Below are positions 9,841 through 25,100 of a stretch of 64,000 nt of DNA, in pieces (within the stretch, counting starts at the first letter, position 1; the number at the start of each line of letters is the position of its first letter). A program made the translations under genes and the position numbers. The DNA is from Monocercomonoides exilis PA203. Taxonomy: Eukaryota > Protista > Preaxostyla. The notes below the pieces were generated by a model. The model was not told where the DNA came from and searched no databases. It saw only the letters and a list, made by a program, of their open reading frames with translations. The stretch is taken from assembly GCA_001643675.2 (NCBI GenBank), contig LSRY02000010.1:744001-808000 (forward strand), in the 5' to 3' direction.

Positions 9841-12800
9841 ATGAATTCATGGGAAATTGCAAAGTTTATATTTTTTTTCTTTTTCTTTTTCATTTCATTA
9901 TTTTTTTAATCTTTCGGGATAGAGACGAATTTGAAATTCTTTTTGGTGAAAAGGGAACTCAATGTGGTGAAAAGGCGCAACATTTGGCTGTGAGCAGCGG
10001 GCTTGAGGATTGTCAAGTTCGAAGTATTTGTTGGCGATTCTTTTTGGGAATGGTCCTTGGAGAGCCCTCTGTTGATTGGCTATACCAAATTGGTGAATCT
10101 AGAATTCAATATGAAGATAAAAAACAACAATTTCTTGTTGACCCACATGAAGGAGAAGAAGAAAATCTTGAAACAGAAAATCCATTAAGTGTTGAAGAAG
10201 GCTCAAAATGGAACACTTTCTTTTTAAACAAAAGTGTCGAATCTGTTCTTCATTTGGACCTTAACAGACTTTTTCCTGACAATCCATTTTTCCGTCAGAA
10301 AAAAGTCATGGAAACAATAAGAACAGTTCTATTAATTTGGATTCGGGAGCATTCTGATCTTGGATATTGTCAAGGCATGCACGAAATACTTGGAGGGTTA
10401 TATTATGTCTTTTCACAAACATCTTGCAGAAGCCCAGAAGCAAAACATTATCCACTATCGTCATTTGCATCTTTTGATATTTCTAGAAATGAAACATCCG
10501 AAAAAAAAGATAAAGAGGAAGGGGATTCAATGGACAAGCCTGAATCAGAGAATACAGCGACCGACGATGGCAACAGCAATGAACAAGAAAGCTCAGAAAA
10601 AGCAACACCAACGCTTCCGTCTAATCCAACAACAACAGAAATCATTGACATTCTTCTTGACCCTGAATATTTGGAGCACGATCTCTTTACGTGCTTCTCT
10701 GTCATCATCCCAAAGCTTAGCAAGTGGATGTTCGACACATCCAAGAAAGAGGAAGGATCGTACGGTGGGATGACATTCCCTTCCTCCACATCCTACCACG
10801 GGCAAAGCGGGCGAGGCGCAGGATTTCGTCCGACATCTTATTCACGTGCATCTGCGCTGGAGGTGGATGAGCTGTCTGGTGCAGTCGGTGTGGGAGAGCT
10901 GGAGAAAGTGACCCCGCTGATCAGAGCGTCCCGCGGGGTGCAGCTGCTTGTGCGACGGCAGGACAAGACGCTGTGCGACAAGCTGGAGAAAGTCGACCTC
11001 GGCTTCCACATCTTCCTGATGCAGTGGATGAGAGTGATGTATCTGCGTGAGTTCGAGCTGAAGGAGGCGCTGCGGCTGTGGGACGCTGTCTTTGCGTGTG
11101 GAGACTCCTTGAGGATGCTGGAGTGGATAGCAGTGTCGATGATACTATCGAAGCGGAAGGCGCTGATGGACGGGGACATCGGCATGTGTCTCAACACACT
11201 GAAGAACTTCGAGGCACATCCAGGCGATGAAAACCGCTTTGTCCACGAGGCGTATCAGATGAGCTTCCCCGGCAGATCACTGCCTCCTCAGATCTCTCTG
11301 AGGAAGAGCATTGGCAGCTCTGGCAATGAAGATGATGGTGCTAAGGATGAAGATAACTCTGGTGCAGCTTCTGCAGAACGTTCATCTTCTCCTGCAAATT
11401 CCACGTCTGGTCATTCTTCCACTACTCCATCGTCTGCCTTTGTTTTGCCAAGCTCATTCCACGGAGAAGCTGAAAATACAACTTCTTCGAGATCATCTCC
11501 TTCTGGTTCTCGTTCTGTGACCCCTTCGCCTTCTCCTCCTCTTGTGACACCAGACAGCAAATCCAATCAACATGCACTGTCTACTCCAAACTCCTCTCAA
11601 AAGAGCAACAACCACAATCAAAGGAAGAGCGGGTTCTTCGGCTCCAAACTGATGAGCTCTCTATTTGGCTCCTCCAACACACTTTTTGGGCCTTCTCACT
11701 CGTCTCCTGGGCATTCGCCCGCAAGTGGCTCTGCTCATTCAAGCAGTCATTCATCTGAGGCTTCTTCTGGAACTTCGTTCTCGTCTGTTGCATCCAGCCC
11801 TCTTCACTCAAACAACAGCGACCAATCCTCATCACAGGCAGCACATTCACTGCAGTTCTCAGCCGTCTCTCCACTTTCGCTTTCTTCGAGCTCTGCAAAT
11901 GCTGTATCATCCACATTTTCTCCTGCGAAGCGGCAGCAGCCTTCGATTGCTTTGCGCGAGGCGAGGCGGATTGGCTCAGGAAACAGCACAGATCTTTCGG
12001 CAGCGTCGCTGGCGGTGTTGGAAGAGGCACTTTTGGAGGACGACGACAGAATGCTCGCTGCCTCGTCCAGACTGGGAATTGTCCGGGCGATGCTGATGGA
12101 GCTGATGAAGATGGAGGAGGCAGAACTTGGAGGGGAAGAAGACAAACACAAAGAGGGTGAAGGAAGTGAAAATGAGGAGAAAGAGAAAGAGAAAGAGAAA
12201 GAAAAAACGGACGAGGAGTCAGGGAATGAACCCACCACATCTGATTCTTCTTGCGAGAAAGCGACTGAAAGCCACAAAAGTTCCTCAAAAGACGAAACAG
12301 AGCGGCGTCTGTTTGAGCGAAGGAGATCAGTTGTGAACACTTGCTGCACTCAGCTCAAGTCACTCACTGCTTATCTTTTGCGGATGTCCTCGCGGTTGCC
12401 TTCTCCGCCTGGATTCCGTGATCTCTATCTGCCATTGGACGAGGCGTATGACAAGGAATACGAGGAGAAGCAGAAAGAGCAGAAAGAGCAGAAAGAACAG
12501 AGTCAAAGTGAAGAGAGTAACGAACAGTCAGAAGCAGATTCAAAGGAAAGTGAAAATACACAGAGCATTTCTCATTCATCTACCAGGCCGTCTCCGCAGC
12601 TGTCGCTGTTTGACCAGTGCACAGTGAAGTCGTATGAGAAGTGGGCCGATGTGTGCTCGATGGAGCGGCAGTACTTCCCAAGCTGGATGAAAGAGAAGAG
12701 AATCAACAAGCTTGTGCAGAAAGGGGCAGAAAGGACACTTGGAAGGAGAATCGAAGAGGATGCTGCAAAGAAAGCAGAAGATGAGAAGAAAGAGGCAGAA

Positions 12801-13679
12801 GAGAAGGCGATCCGCAGGCGCAGGATGGAAGCAGCGAAGAAGCTGGCGAATGAGACAACAGCGAATTCTGAGAGGAAAAGCGGACTGAAAAGAAGGAATG
12901 CATCTTTGACGACTGCTCCACCGCCTCCAGTTGTGCTGAATGAAGAAGCAGAAGACAGCAAGGAAGGAGGAGTAGCAAATGTTAACACAATAACACTTTC
13001 TTCTTTGCCTTCATTTGGCTACTTCAATTCAGTTGCAGCGAATGTGGCAGCGCAACAAGCAGAGCCGTTCTTTGCAGATGCAGACAATCCATTCAGTGAG
13101 AATGAGGGAGAAGAAGGAAGAGAGGAAGAAGGCAAAGCGGAGGAAGAGGAGGAAGAAGATGAAGAAACTAAAGCAGAGAGAGAAAGGAAGAGGAAAGAAG
13201 AAGAAGAGGAAAGAAGGAGAATGGAGATTGAAGCAGCAGAAGTGGAAGCGATGCTCAACCAGAAGCCAAAGAAGGCAGTTGTGTTGTCATCGCCACTTGC
13301 ATTGCTGGAAGAGGCACTGAAAGACGAAGATGCCTCACACGCAGGCAAAGAAGGGGGGAACAAGACAGCGGCGAGGGGAAGTCCAATTAGCATGTTTGCT
13401 TCTTCAACAGATGGAGAAAGCAACGAAGAGAGAAGAGGAGAAGAGAATGGTGATGATAACGATGAGAAGGAGACAGGTCTGTTCCAAACTGACGATTCCG
13501 TTCTGGATGAGATCTTTTCTGCACAGCCACAAACGGCTAGCAACTCTTCGGGGTCAGCTGCAAGCGCTTATCAAAAGAAAAAACAGGCTCAAAGACATCA
13601 GACAAAACCTGACCAAGGCTCTCTCTTTGAAGATGTTGAAAGCTCGGATAAAAACGCAGATGATCCTTTGTCTCAGTGA
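9841..13679 (+). CDS. TBC-domain Rab GTPase-activating protein, TBC1D5-like, with a long low-complexity/coiled-coil C-terminus
   Basis: RSICWRFFLG, ENPLS...W..FF, Arg finger LHLDLNRLFP, Gln finger YCQGMHEIL, and QWMRVMYLREF...LRLWDAVF. ATG 9841 plus intron 9864-9922 (GT..AG) joins in frame to ORF 9849-13679. Confidence 0.9.
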
Positions 13680-13800
13680 AGGAAGAAAAAACGAGGGTTC
13701 ATACACGTCACATTAATATAATTATTTTTATTTGTTTTCATTATGCTATATTCTCGGTTAAAATAAGAATTTCTTTGTTGTAATAATATTTCAGAGAACA

Positions 13801-16158
13801 ATGGGAAGAGATCATTCAATTTTTCCACATTTTTTGCGTTTTATGGACGACACAGACCCACCATATGATCTTCTCGATAACTGTATGCTAGAAGATATTT
13901 TTTATCAACAATTTTTTATGGTGTTGATTTTTAAGATGATATCCTCTGTGTTATTGGGAAAGGACATCTTGGCGAGGTTGCTTTGTTAGAACATAAGCGC
14001 GATTGTTCCATTGTAGCAATGAAAAGAATTCAACGTGATGAACATGGATCCATGGATGAAGCTTGGTCAAGTTTTGCAAAAGCGACGCGGGCGCATCGTC
14101 TTCGTGGCTTTTTACGTATCTACCAACTGCTTCATTCGCCAAAGGAATATATCATTGTGCAAGAAAGATGCCCATATATTTCCCTTAGACGTTATTTGGG
14201 GTCTATGCGAATGAAAAAAGTTGTATTTTCCGCAACGGTTTGTTTTTGTTAGAAAAAATATATTCGATTAAATTGGCCTTTGATGCAAACATTTATTCAT
14301 AAAAACAGAACGTACTTAAACTTGTATTATTAGTGATAAATGCTGTAAAGATTATACACGAATCAGGCGCTGTTCATGGAAATTTGAAACCAGAAAACAT
14401 ATTTATCTCCGGAAACGAACAGGTATTTTTTGGTGACTACGGAACAAGCATTTTCCTTGAGCATCAAATCAAAAACGGAACGTTATCAAAAACAGCAAGG
14501 CATGAAAATAATTAAAATTAAACACATTTTTTAACTTTAAACAATTAATATTTACAGAACTTACATTGCTCCAGAAGTGCTGAATCATAAAAAGTTTGCA
14601 TTTTCATTTAACAAGCATCTACTATCGATTTATTGATATTTTATTTCTTATCACTTGAATTTCTCACATTTCAACCAATTATTTTTTTCAGACCAACCCA
14701 GATGTCTGACATGTATTCATGTGGAATGATTATCCTGGACATTGTATACACATTGTTTGTTGACAGACTCACAAACATCGCAAAGGAGAAGCTGTCACAA
14801 CGCAATCAAACATCACCTCTGCATCCTTCATCTAATGTGTCTATCAGAACAAACACATCAGACACTCACAGTGCATCTTCGTTCTCTGGTGATTCCTTTT
14901 CGTCCAATCCATCATCAACTCTCTTTTTTTCTATTCCTCACGACAGCGGGGCTCCTTCTTTGCCATTTCCTTCTTCTTCTTCTTCTTCTTCTAATATTAC
15001 AACTGCTTCTGCTTCTTCGGGTTATGAACAGACAGCAAATATAGCTGGAAGTGCATCGTCTTCTTCTTCATTTTTATCCACCACCACTACCACCTCCTCC
15101 TCTGGTTCTTCTTCTTCCTCTTCATCTTCTTCAAAGTCTCAAAGATTAGCTTCAAATGGGAATGTGCTTGCGTTTCCACCCTCATCTTGCTCTCGTTCTG
15201 CTCTTGCCCCATTCTTTCACCCACCTGTCCCATCTATCCTGATGAAGTTTACTCTTGCTGTCACACACAAGGTTTGATCTTATCATGAATTTTAACATAT
15301 TTGTTGTTCTCTTTTAATTCTTTCATTCATTCATCATTCATTCATCATTACTATTTCTTTTTTATTTAACAAAATATATATTCAATGATAATCAAAAATA
15401 CCAATAAAAACCCTTCTTCATCTCACACTCATTTCTCCTCTTCTCCTCTTTTCTTCTTCTTCTCCTCCCTTTCCCCATCCATTCAGAATCCCAACATGCG
15501 TCTAACTGCCTCCAAGCTCTCCTCCCAGCTGAGTTCTGCTCTCCATGGCGTGCCCAGCCATCCTCTTCCTGACCTCCCCATTTATTCCCCTTCTGCCCCT
15601 GCGCATATCTCCACCAGCCTCCTCAGCCACCCTGCATTCAATCAGCAAGCGCCGAACAAGCAACATTATTCTGCTGCTGGGAAGTTTGGCTCTTCTTCTT
15701 CTTCTTCTTCTTCTTCTTCTTCAGGTTTATCATCGTCTTCATCTTCATCGTCATCAACATCTTCAACTTCTTCTTCCTCTTCATCTTCCATTCATTCATC
15801 CTCACTCACATCAACTGTTGATTCTCATTCTTCTTCTTCTTCTTCTTCTCCATCTTCTTCTCATCCACCTTCACACGCAACACGTCAATTTGAGCGTGGC
15901 TCAACCAACACATTCAATGACTTATCTTCAAATGATCATTCTTCTTCTCTTCTTCATCCACCACAACCATCTCCATCATCATCATCATCATCTTCTTCTT
16001 TTCTTTTAAATTCTTCATCAAATTCTTCTTCTTCTTCTTCCTCCTCCTCTTCATCTTCTTCTCTTGGCAGTAATGCTTCATCATCTCATATTAGAGATCA
16101 AACAAATCGCACTTCATCTCATTTCAATTCATTTGACGATCAACATTCACAAACTTCT

Positions 16159-16190
<32 letters not shown>

Positions 16191-19100
16191 TCAACCTTTT
16201 TCACTCTCTTCATCAACATCTCTTTCATCTCAACCTCCTTTTCTTCCCCCTCCTCCTCCACATAATCCTTCATCATCTTCCTCCTCTTCCTCTTCCTCCT
16301 CCTCCTCCTCTTCTCCATCATTATCTTCATCTTCTTCATCATCTTCTCCTTCATCATCATCATCACATAAGTTCTCCTTTCGTTCTCTTATTCCTTCTGA
16401 GCCTTTGCCAACGCCTCAGCAGCAGCAGCAACAACAACCACAAAATGAATCAGAAAGATCAAAGAGGAATATTCATGAAGAAAATGATGATATTAAGGCA
16501 AAAGAGGAAGAGGAAGAGGAAGAGGATGATGATGAAGAAGATGAAGATGGAGAGGAGGAGGAGGAGGAAGAAGAAGAAGATAATGATGATAATGATGATG
16601 AAAGAAGTAACGATGAAGATGTTAATGAAAACGAAGAAGTTAGAAAATCATCATCATCTTCTCCTTTATCATCATCATCATCATCATATTCATCATCATC
16701 ATCATCTTCTTCTTCTCTTTCAATAGACAATGATGCCATGTCATATCTTCCTTCTTCTTCTCTTTATCTGTCTCCTCGTTCGTTCACTGAAGCTATTCAC
16801 ACACGCAACACTTCATTTCCTTCCTTTTCTGCTCTCACAACTGCTTCTTCTTCTTCTTCTCTTCCTCCTCCTTCTCTTCCTTCTTCTTCTTCCACTTCAT
16901 CTTTAGTCAAGCCACCACCACCACCACCATCATCATCAGCTTCTTCTTCCTCTAACCTCATTCAATCATCTTCTTCTGATAACTCTATTAATTCAAGTGA
17001 AACCACTGATTCATCATCATCATCATCATCATCTGATTCTTCTTCTTCTTCTCTTTCTCTTTCTTCTCCCTCTTCTCCTTCTTATCCCTCTTCTCCCTCT
17101 TCTCCTCACACTCCAATCACTTCTCCATCCCCCATCATCTTCCACCCCATCAATTTTCCTTCATCTTTCCTACCTTCTCCTTCTTCTCCTTCTTCTCCTT
17201 CTTCTCCTTCTTCTTTTGAGAAGAATAATAATCTTTCTCAATCTCACATTTCATCAATTTCTTCTAATTCTTCCATTTTATCTCGCAAAATCACTTCATT
17301 TTCGTCTTTTTCACCTAAAAATTCATCTTCTTCTTCACCTTCTTCTTCACCTTCTTCTTCTTCTCCATCTTCTTCAGATTCAAAATTTGACTCAAAATCA
17401 AACATTCTTCAGAACACACATCTTATTCTGCAGTTTTCTGAAATGACTGATGATACACCTCTTACTCATTCAACACACAACCCAATGAAAAATCAATTGA
17501 ATAACATTTCTTCTTCTTCTTCTTCATCTTCTCCTTCTTTCTCTTCCTCTTCATCCCCTTCATCATCATCATCTTCTTCTTTCTCCTCTTCGCCATTATC
17601 TTCTTCCTCCTCCTCCTCCTCTTCATTCTCCTCTTCCCCTCAATCCCTATCAACCAGCTATTCTCTCCTCTCCTCCTCTTCTGATTCTTCTTCCTTCTCT
17701 CCTCGTTCTCAGCCTTCTTCTCCTTCTCCTCTCTCTTCTGTTGACCCCATCGCATCTCCCATCACTTCTTCTTCTTCTTCACTCTCCACTCCTTTTCTTT
17801 CTTCTTCTTCTTCTTCTTCCTCTTCCTCTCCCTCTCCTCCTCTTTCTTCCTCTTCTTCTCCTTCTTCTCCTCCTTCTCCTCCTTCTCTTCTCTCTGATAT
17901 CCACACCCCTCACATCCCATTAGAATCTTCTTCTTCTCTCATCAATCACAACAACACTCCATCTTCTGTCTCTTCTCAACTTCAATTCGTCCCTTTGACT
18001 GCTGAAGATACCACTCTCTATCAAAACTCTTCTTCTTCTTCTTCTTCTTCTTCTTATTCCTCTTCTTCTTCAATTTCTTCTTCTTCTTCTGCCTCTTCCT
18101 CTTCCTCCTTCGCCATTTCTCCCGCATTCACCACTGCTTCTGTGTCTGTATCTGATCCTTCTTCTTCTTCTTCTTCTTCTTCTTCCTTCTCTTCCATCTT
18201 GTCTGCTAACCTCTCAACACATTCTCATTCCCCTTCTCGTTCTCCTCTCTTCGCTTTCGATTCTTTGCATTCATCTTCTCCTTCTCCTTCTCCTTCTTCT
18301 CCTTCTCATACTCATTCTCCTAAGGAAGCAACTAGTCCACTTACGCTTTATTCTTCTTCTTCAAGTTCTTCTTCAAATTCCTCTTCTTCTTCTCGTTCTC
18401 CTTCTTCTTCTCGTTCTCCTTCTTCCTCGTTATCATCTTCTTCCTTCTCTTCTTCTTTCTCCTCTTTATCTTCCTCTTCCTCATCTCCTTCATTGTCAAC
18501 ATCATCTTCTTCATCCTCATCGCCATCTTCTTCTATTTCTTCCAATTTTTCTTCTTCTTCTCGTCTCTCTCCAAGCACTCACCACATTCATCTTGTATCT
18601 TCTTCTTCCTCTCCCTCTTCTTCCATTCATTCTCCTTCCTCTTCCTCTTCCTCCTCCTCCTCCTCCTCTTCTCTTCTCTCCCCTCTTCGCCCTTTCAAAA
18701 ACAAGTCTTTTTCTCCAAAATCGACTTTTGGCGTGTTAACTTCTGCTTATCCAGATTCTTCGTCATTTCCACCTTCCAATCCAATCTCTTTCTCTTCTCT
18801 TTCTTCTTCTTCTTCTTTTTCCTTTTCTTCTTCTTCTTCTTCTCTTCAGCCATCGCAACAACAAGACACATTGTATCATCAACTCATCAGCCCCAAACAA
18901 TCTTCTCTGAAACCTCAGCCTCTTCCTCCTTCATTTCCTAGTTCTTCTTCTTCCGCTTCTTTATCTTCTTTGACTTCTTCTTCTTCATCTTCCTCCTCCT
19001 CATCTTCTTCTTCCTCTCCTTCTTCCTCTCTCTTCTCTCTCCCTCTCTCTTCCACTGCACCTCAATCTGATTCTTCATCCATCCATCATTCATTGAGTGT

Positions 19101-22087
19101 GGCTGTCTCTCCTTCTCCTTCTCATTCTCTCTCTCCCACTCTTCCTCTCATCTCTATGCACAATCAACAAAAGGCTAATGATTTATCTTCTTCCATTGCA
19201 AATTATCGAAATCCTTCTTCTTCTTCTTCTATTTCTTCTTCTTCTTCCTCTCCCTCTTCCTCCTCTTCCTCCTCTTTCTCTTCTGTCTTCTCCACTGCTT
19301 CCTCTCCTTCCTCTTCCTCATCTTCTTTTCCTTCTCCTTCTGACCAATTCTCTTTCTCTCATTCATCCATCATCCCTTCACAAGACTTGTCTTCTTCTTT
19401 CTCTTCTTCTTCCTTTGCCACTCTTCATCCCCCAATGAAAATGAACAATGATGATCATCAAATAAGTTCGAATTCATCATCATCATCTTCTTCTTCCTCT
19501 TCTTCTCCCTCTTCAATTTTCCCTCCTTCTTATTCCACTCCTTCATCTTCTGTTCTGAACACAGAAATGCCTCATCAACAGCCTCATTTCAGCAATTTCT
19601 TTCCTCCTCTTTCTTCGACAAACACTTCATCATCATCATCATCATCTTCTTCTTCTTCTCCTTCTCCTTCTTCCTCTTTTCCCTCTTCCTCTTCTTCTCC
19701 TTCCACTCCCAACTCCATCCATTACATTTCCTCATTCATCGACCCAACAGCTACTGCTCCATCCACACCTTCTTTGTCATCCTCGTATTCTTCTCCTAAT
19801 ATTCCCTCTCTTCATCACTCAGACTCAATGAACATGCCGTCGAAATCTGATATTTCTAATACGAGTTCTAATTCTCTTCTTTCTTCCTCTTCCTCTTCCT
19901 CTTCTCCTTCTTCTTCTGCCCTTCCTCTTCCTCTTCCTCTTTCATTTCCTTTTCCTATCCCTCTCACATCTTCTCCTTCTTCTCTTCTCGCCTCATCCAG
20001 CAGCACTTCTCTAATGTCCCCCTTCTCTTCTTCTTCTTCTTCTTCTCTCTCTTCCCCTTCCATCGTCCTCTCCTTCTCTCCTTCTCTTCAAACTCCTCCT
20101 CTTCCTTCTCGCCACGCCTCTCCTCTGATTCATGCCATGCTCACTACCACTGGCTTTTCTGCTTCTCCTTCTCCTTCTCTTTCTTCTTCTTCTTCTTCTT
20201 CTTCTCCTTCATCTTCTTCTCCTTCTTCCTCTTCCTCTTCTTTCAGTTCAAATCGTTCACTCACTGTTTCTCCTATGAATTCTTCTTCTTCTTCTTCCAT
20301 TTCTTCTATTTCTTCTTCATCATCTTCATCTTCATTGACTTCTTCTTCTTCTTCTTCTGCTGTGATGTCTCCCTCTACTCATTCACGTATCTCTTCTGCT
20401 GCTTCTTCCATGGCTTCTTCTAATACATCATCATCTTCATCATCATCATCACCTTATTCTTCTTCCCATTCCTTTTCTCTTTCTTATTCTTCTAATCATC
20501 CACATGATCCCTTCCACCGCACCACTCCTTCTCTCTCTTCTTCTTCTTCTTCTTCTTCTTCTTCTTCTTCTTCTTCTTCTTCTGCCTCTTCCTCCTCTTC
20601 CTCAAACACTTCATCCTCATCCTCTTTCTCTTCTTCTTCTTCCTCTTCCAATTCTTCCTCTTCTCTTCCCTCTTCTCATCATCACCATCATCGCCAATCT
20701 CACCAACAGAATCCTCCTTCCATCTTCTTCTCTCCTCCTCCTCCTCCTCCTTCCCTCTCCCCTCCTCCTTACTCAATGTCCCCCTCCATCTTCCCTTCCT
20801 CTGCCATGTCTCCTTCTCCTTCCTCTCCTTCTCCTTCTCTCTCTTTCAACTTCATCCCTGCCCCGTTCTCTCCCCCTCCTTCCGCTCCAATGACTCCACA
20901 GTTCTACAATAGCATCAATAGCATCAATAATAATGTTAATAACAATAACTTCCATTTCCCTCCTAACTACACACAAAACTTCTCTTCCAGTCAGAATTTG
21001 GCTGCTTTGTCATTCTACCCCCAGCCTTCTAATTGGTTCACTCAGATTAATCTTCCTTCTTCTTCTTCTTCTTCTTCTTCTTCTTCTAATGCTCCTCCTC
21101 TCTCTGCTTCGAATTCCACATCTTCAATTTGCTCTACACCTTCTCTAAGACATCAATCTTTGATGCCTTCTTCCTCTTTCTCATCTTCTTCATCCACTCC
21201 GTTTTCGATTCATGCTCCTTCTTCATCATCTTCCTCTTCCTCTTCTTCTTCTTCCTCATTTCCATTCCCTTCTTCTTCCTCTTCTTCCTCTTCCTCCTCT
21301 TCCTCCTTCTACCCCCCCTCCACCCCATTACTCACCATCCCCCACTCCTCTGCCTATCTCACAGCCACTTCTCCTCTCCTCTCTCCATCTCAATACCATC
21401 CTCCACCTGCCCCTCGCCTTCCTCCTGTTGATCTGCCTCCCCTCCACACCTTCCGCTCTATTCAGCCAGGCTCCTCTTTCTACAGCCCTCTTCTGCCTCT
21501 GCAGCCATTGGCGGCTTCTACATCAGCTTCTTCTGCTGCATCAACTGCATCAGTATTGAATGCAACAGCAATAGAGAAGAAGAAGAGGAGCAGGAAGAAA
21601 GAGGAGAAAGAGAAAGAGAAGGAGAAGAGAGAAGAGAAGGAGAGGAGAGAGAAAGAAGAGAAAGAGAAAGAGAAAGAGAAGGAGAAGAATGAGAAAGAGA
21701 GGAGAGAGAGAAAGAAAGAAGAAAGAAGGAAACAAAAAGATAAAGAGATGCAAAAGAAGGCAGAAGCAGCAGAGAAAGATGAAAGAACAGAACATAAACA
21801 CAACAACAAGAAGAAAGGAGGAGGAGGAGAAGAAGAAGAGAAAAATAGGATGAATATTTCAGTTGAGATTGGAACAGAAGAGAAAAGAAAAGAAAAAACA
21901 CAGAATGTTACAGAAGAATGTGAAGTGAGCGAAAATGTTGATAAGAATTCTTTGAAAGAAGAAGGAGAAAAGAGAAATTTTGATAAGAAGACGATGAATG
22001 AAGAACAATTTTCAGTTAAAGAGAAGAATGAAAAATTGGCTCAAAATACAGATTCTTTTGCTTCTGGTAAAAGATGTGAAATTTTGC

Positions 22088-22127
<40 letters not shown>

Positions 22128-25100
22128 TTCTTCTTCTTCTTCTTCTCCCTCTTCTTCTATTTCTTCTGCTAATCTTTCAGTCTTTTCATTGAATGGAACT
22201 TTATCCCCATCAACTCCCATCCAACCCCACCACACCTCTTCTCCTTCTCTTCTTTCTCCTCAGCCTTCCAATCTTCTATGCCCTCCTGCTCCTCTTCTCC
22301 CTTCTTCTTCCTCTTCTTCCTCTTCTTCCTCTTCTTCCTCTTCTTCCTCTTCTTTCTCTTCTTTCTCTTCTTTCTCTTCATTGTCTGATACAGACCCTTC
22401 TCATCTGTCTCCTCCCACTCAATTTTCTTGGTATTCTGCTCTTTCTCCTCATTATCCTTCTCCTAATCCTTCTTCTTCTCCTTCCCTTTCTTCCTCTTCC
22501 TCTTCTTCTCATTCTTCTTCTTCTTCTTCCTCTTCCTCTTCTTCCTCTTCCTCTCATCGTTCTATGCCTCCTCTTGCTCCTTCTCACAAGTCTCCAGTTG
22601 TCATCTCCTTCGACTCTTCTCCTTTGTCTTCTGATGATCCTGCCACAAACATCAATCATTCACACTTGAATAAAAAGAATAACACACAAAATGAGACTTT
22701 TCCATCTTCCTCTTCCTCTTCCTCTTCCTCTTCCTCTTCCTCTTCCTCTTCTTCTTCTTCTCATTCACCCAACAGAGCTGGTCTTAGACCACCTATGCCT
22801 TCTTTGGCTCCATTAACTCCTCCTACCTTAACTTCTTCTTCCTCTTCCTTCTCTTCTACCTCCTCTTTATCTTCTCCGCCTTCCTCCTCCTTTTCCTCCT
22901 CCTCCTCCTCCTCCTCTTCTTCTTCTCATCCTTCTTCTTCTTCTTCTTCCTCTTCTGTTTTATTCAGTCCCCTCAGCACCGATGACTCATCCGCTCTTTC
23001 TCCTTCTCCACAGAAGAAAGAGAATAAAAAGAATAAAAAGAATAAGAAGAAGAAGAAGATATTCCAAATGAAGGAACACAGAGTGAAAAGGGATGCTAAA
23101 TCAGAAGGCGGCAAAGGAAGGCAAAGGAAGCAGAAGAGATTTCATAGAAGATTTTCATTTGAAGATGGAAAAGGGTTTGAAGACTTGAACGATGAAGACG
23201 ATTTGAGGAACGAAGATAGCATTTCTGTGAGGAGCAGGGCTTCTTTGAATGAAGAGAGAGGAGGAGAGGAAGAGAGAGAAAGAAAAGAAGAAGGAAGAAG
23301 AAGAGAAGAAGAAGATGATGACGATGAAACAAAAGAAGATTATATCACATCTCATAGGATTCCATTAATGAATGAGCTTCAGATGACAACCAACCGCCCC
23401 ACAAGATTGCTTGCTCCGTCTTCTCTTCTCTCACCTCCTTCGACTCCTCCTCTGCAAGACAAACATTCACAGAATGCTAACAGAGATTCATTGAATGCTT
23501 CGTCTTCTTCTTCTCATCCTCCTTCTTCTTCCTCCTCTATTAATTCATCATCATCATCATCGTCGTCGTCGTCGTCCTCTTTTTCTTCTATTTCTTCTCC
23601 ACCTGACATGTATTCCAAACTCCAATCTCAACATCAACATCAACATCAACCACAACCTCAATCCCAATCCATTCAATTCCCTCCTCTCAGCCAACAATTA
23701 ACCCCTTCCTCTTTCAGTGCACTCAGCTTCCCTTCTCTCCCATCTGCCGCTGCAAATGCCAACATTCGCATAGACTCTCCCTTTCAATGTGAATCTCCTT
23801 CTTCTTCTTCTGGCTCTTTGCCTTCTTTAGCCTCTCTCTCTTCTTCCACTTCCACGCTCAATTCTTCGTTTTCTATGCTTTCTTCTTCTTCTTCTTCTTC
23901 TTCTTCTGATTCTTCTATTTCTTCTTCTTCTTCTTCTTCTTTAGCTTCTTCTTATTCTTCTCTTTCTTCTTCGAATTCTTCGATGAATTCATTATGTTCA
24001 TTGGAGATTCCAGAGAAAGAAGAAGAAGAAGAAGAAGAAGAAGAAGAGAAGGAGAAAGAAGAAGAAGAAGACGATGATAAAGAGAAAGAAGAGAGAAACA
24101 GACAATTCCTTTCAGAAGATGACAAGAAAGAGAAAGACATTCCACTCAACAACAAAGACAATAATATTCTGAACGATTCTTTTAACTTGACGGTCGAAGG
24201 CGAAAATGACAATAGAATCATTCTTCACAAGCAAAACGAAGAAAAAACCGAATTTTCAGAAGCGGAAAAGGCAATTTCTGTGATTGAGCAGCAAACAACA
24301 CACGAACATCTCAAAGAGAAAGACACCAACAGCACAGGAAGAGCAGAAAGAGAAGAATCGTCTTCAGTTAATTCTCCATCGAATGCTTCATTCGAACAAC
24401 ACGCTGTTCCTTCTCTCTCTTCTCTGGCAGCTGCTTCATTGACACAAGACTCGCCTTTATCTGAATCTTCTCTAACAGCTTCTGCTTCTTCTACTGCCAT
24501 TGCTTCTTCTCCTTTGTTTTCAACGTCATCGTCTTCTTCTTTTTCTCCTTCCCCCTCCCCCTCTCCTTCACCTTCACCTTCACCTTCTTCTTATTCTTTC
24601 TCTTCTTCCCCATCTCCCTCTCCTTCTCCTTCTCATTCGACTCCTTTTCTACCAGTTCATTCTATTCTTTCTTCTTCTTCTTCTTCTTCTTCTTCTTCTT
24701 CTTCATTTGCACAAAAAAGAAGAAAACAACCAATTTTTGAGGTGTCACATCGCAACAGCAGAAGAAGAAGAGCTTCAAGAACAGCAAATGCCATAGCATC
24801 ATCATCATCATCAAATTCTTCTTCTTCAAATCCACTTATTCCAAATAGAATGTTTACTGGATCATCTGAACAACCTCATTCTAATGATTTTCATGTTCCT
24901 TCTTCTTCTTCCACAACAACTGCTGCATTTTCTTTGAATTTAGCTTCAAATCCTATCTCTTCTTCTTCTAATTCTTCAAACAATTTCTCCTCCTTTTCCT
25001 CTTCTTCTGTTAATATGTCTTCATCAAGATCTCCTTCTTCTTCCACATCTCGTTCTCCTCCCACCTCCACATCACCTGCCTCTTCTTCCATCTCTACTGC

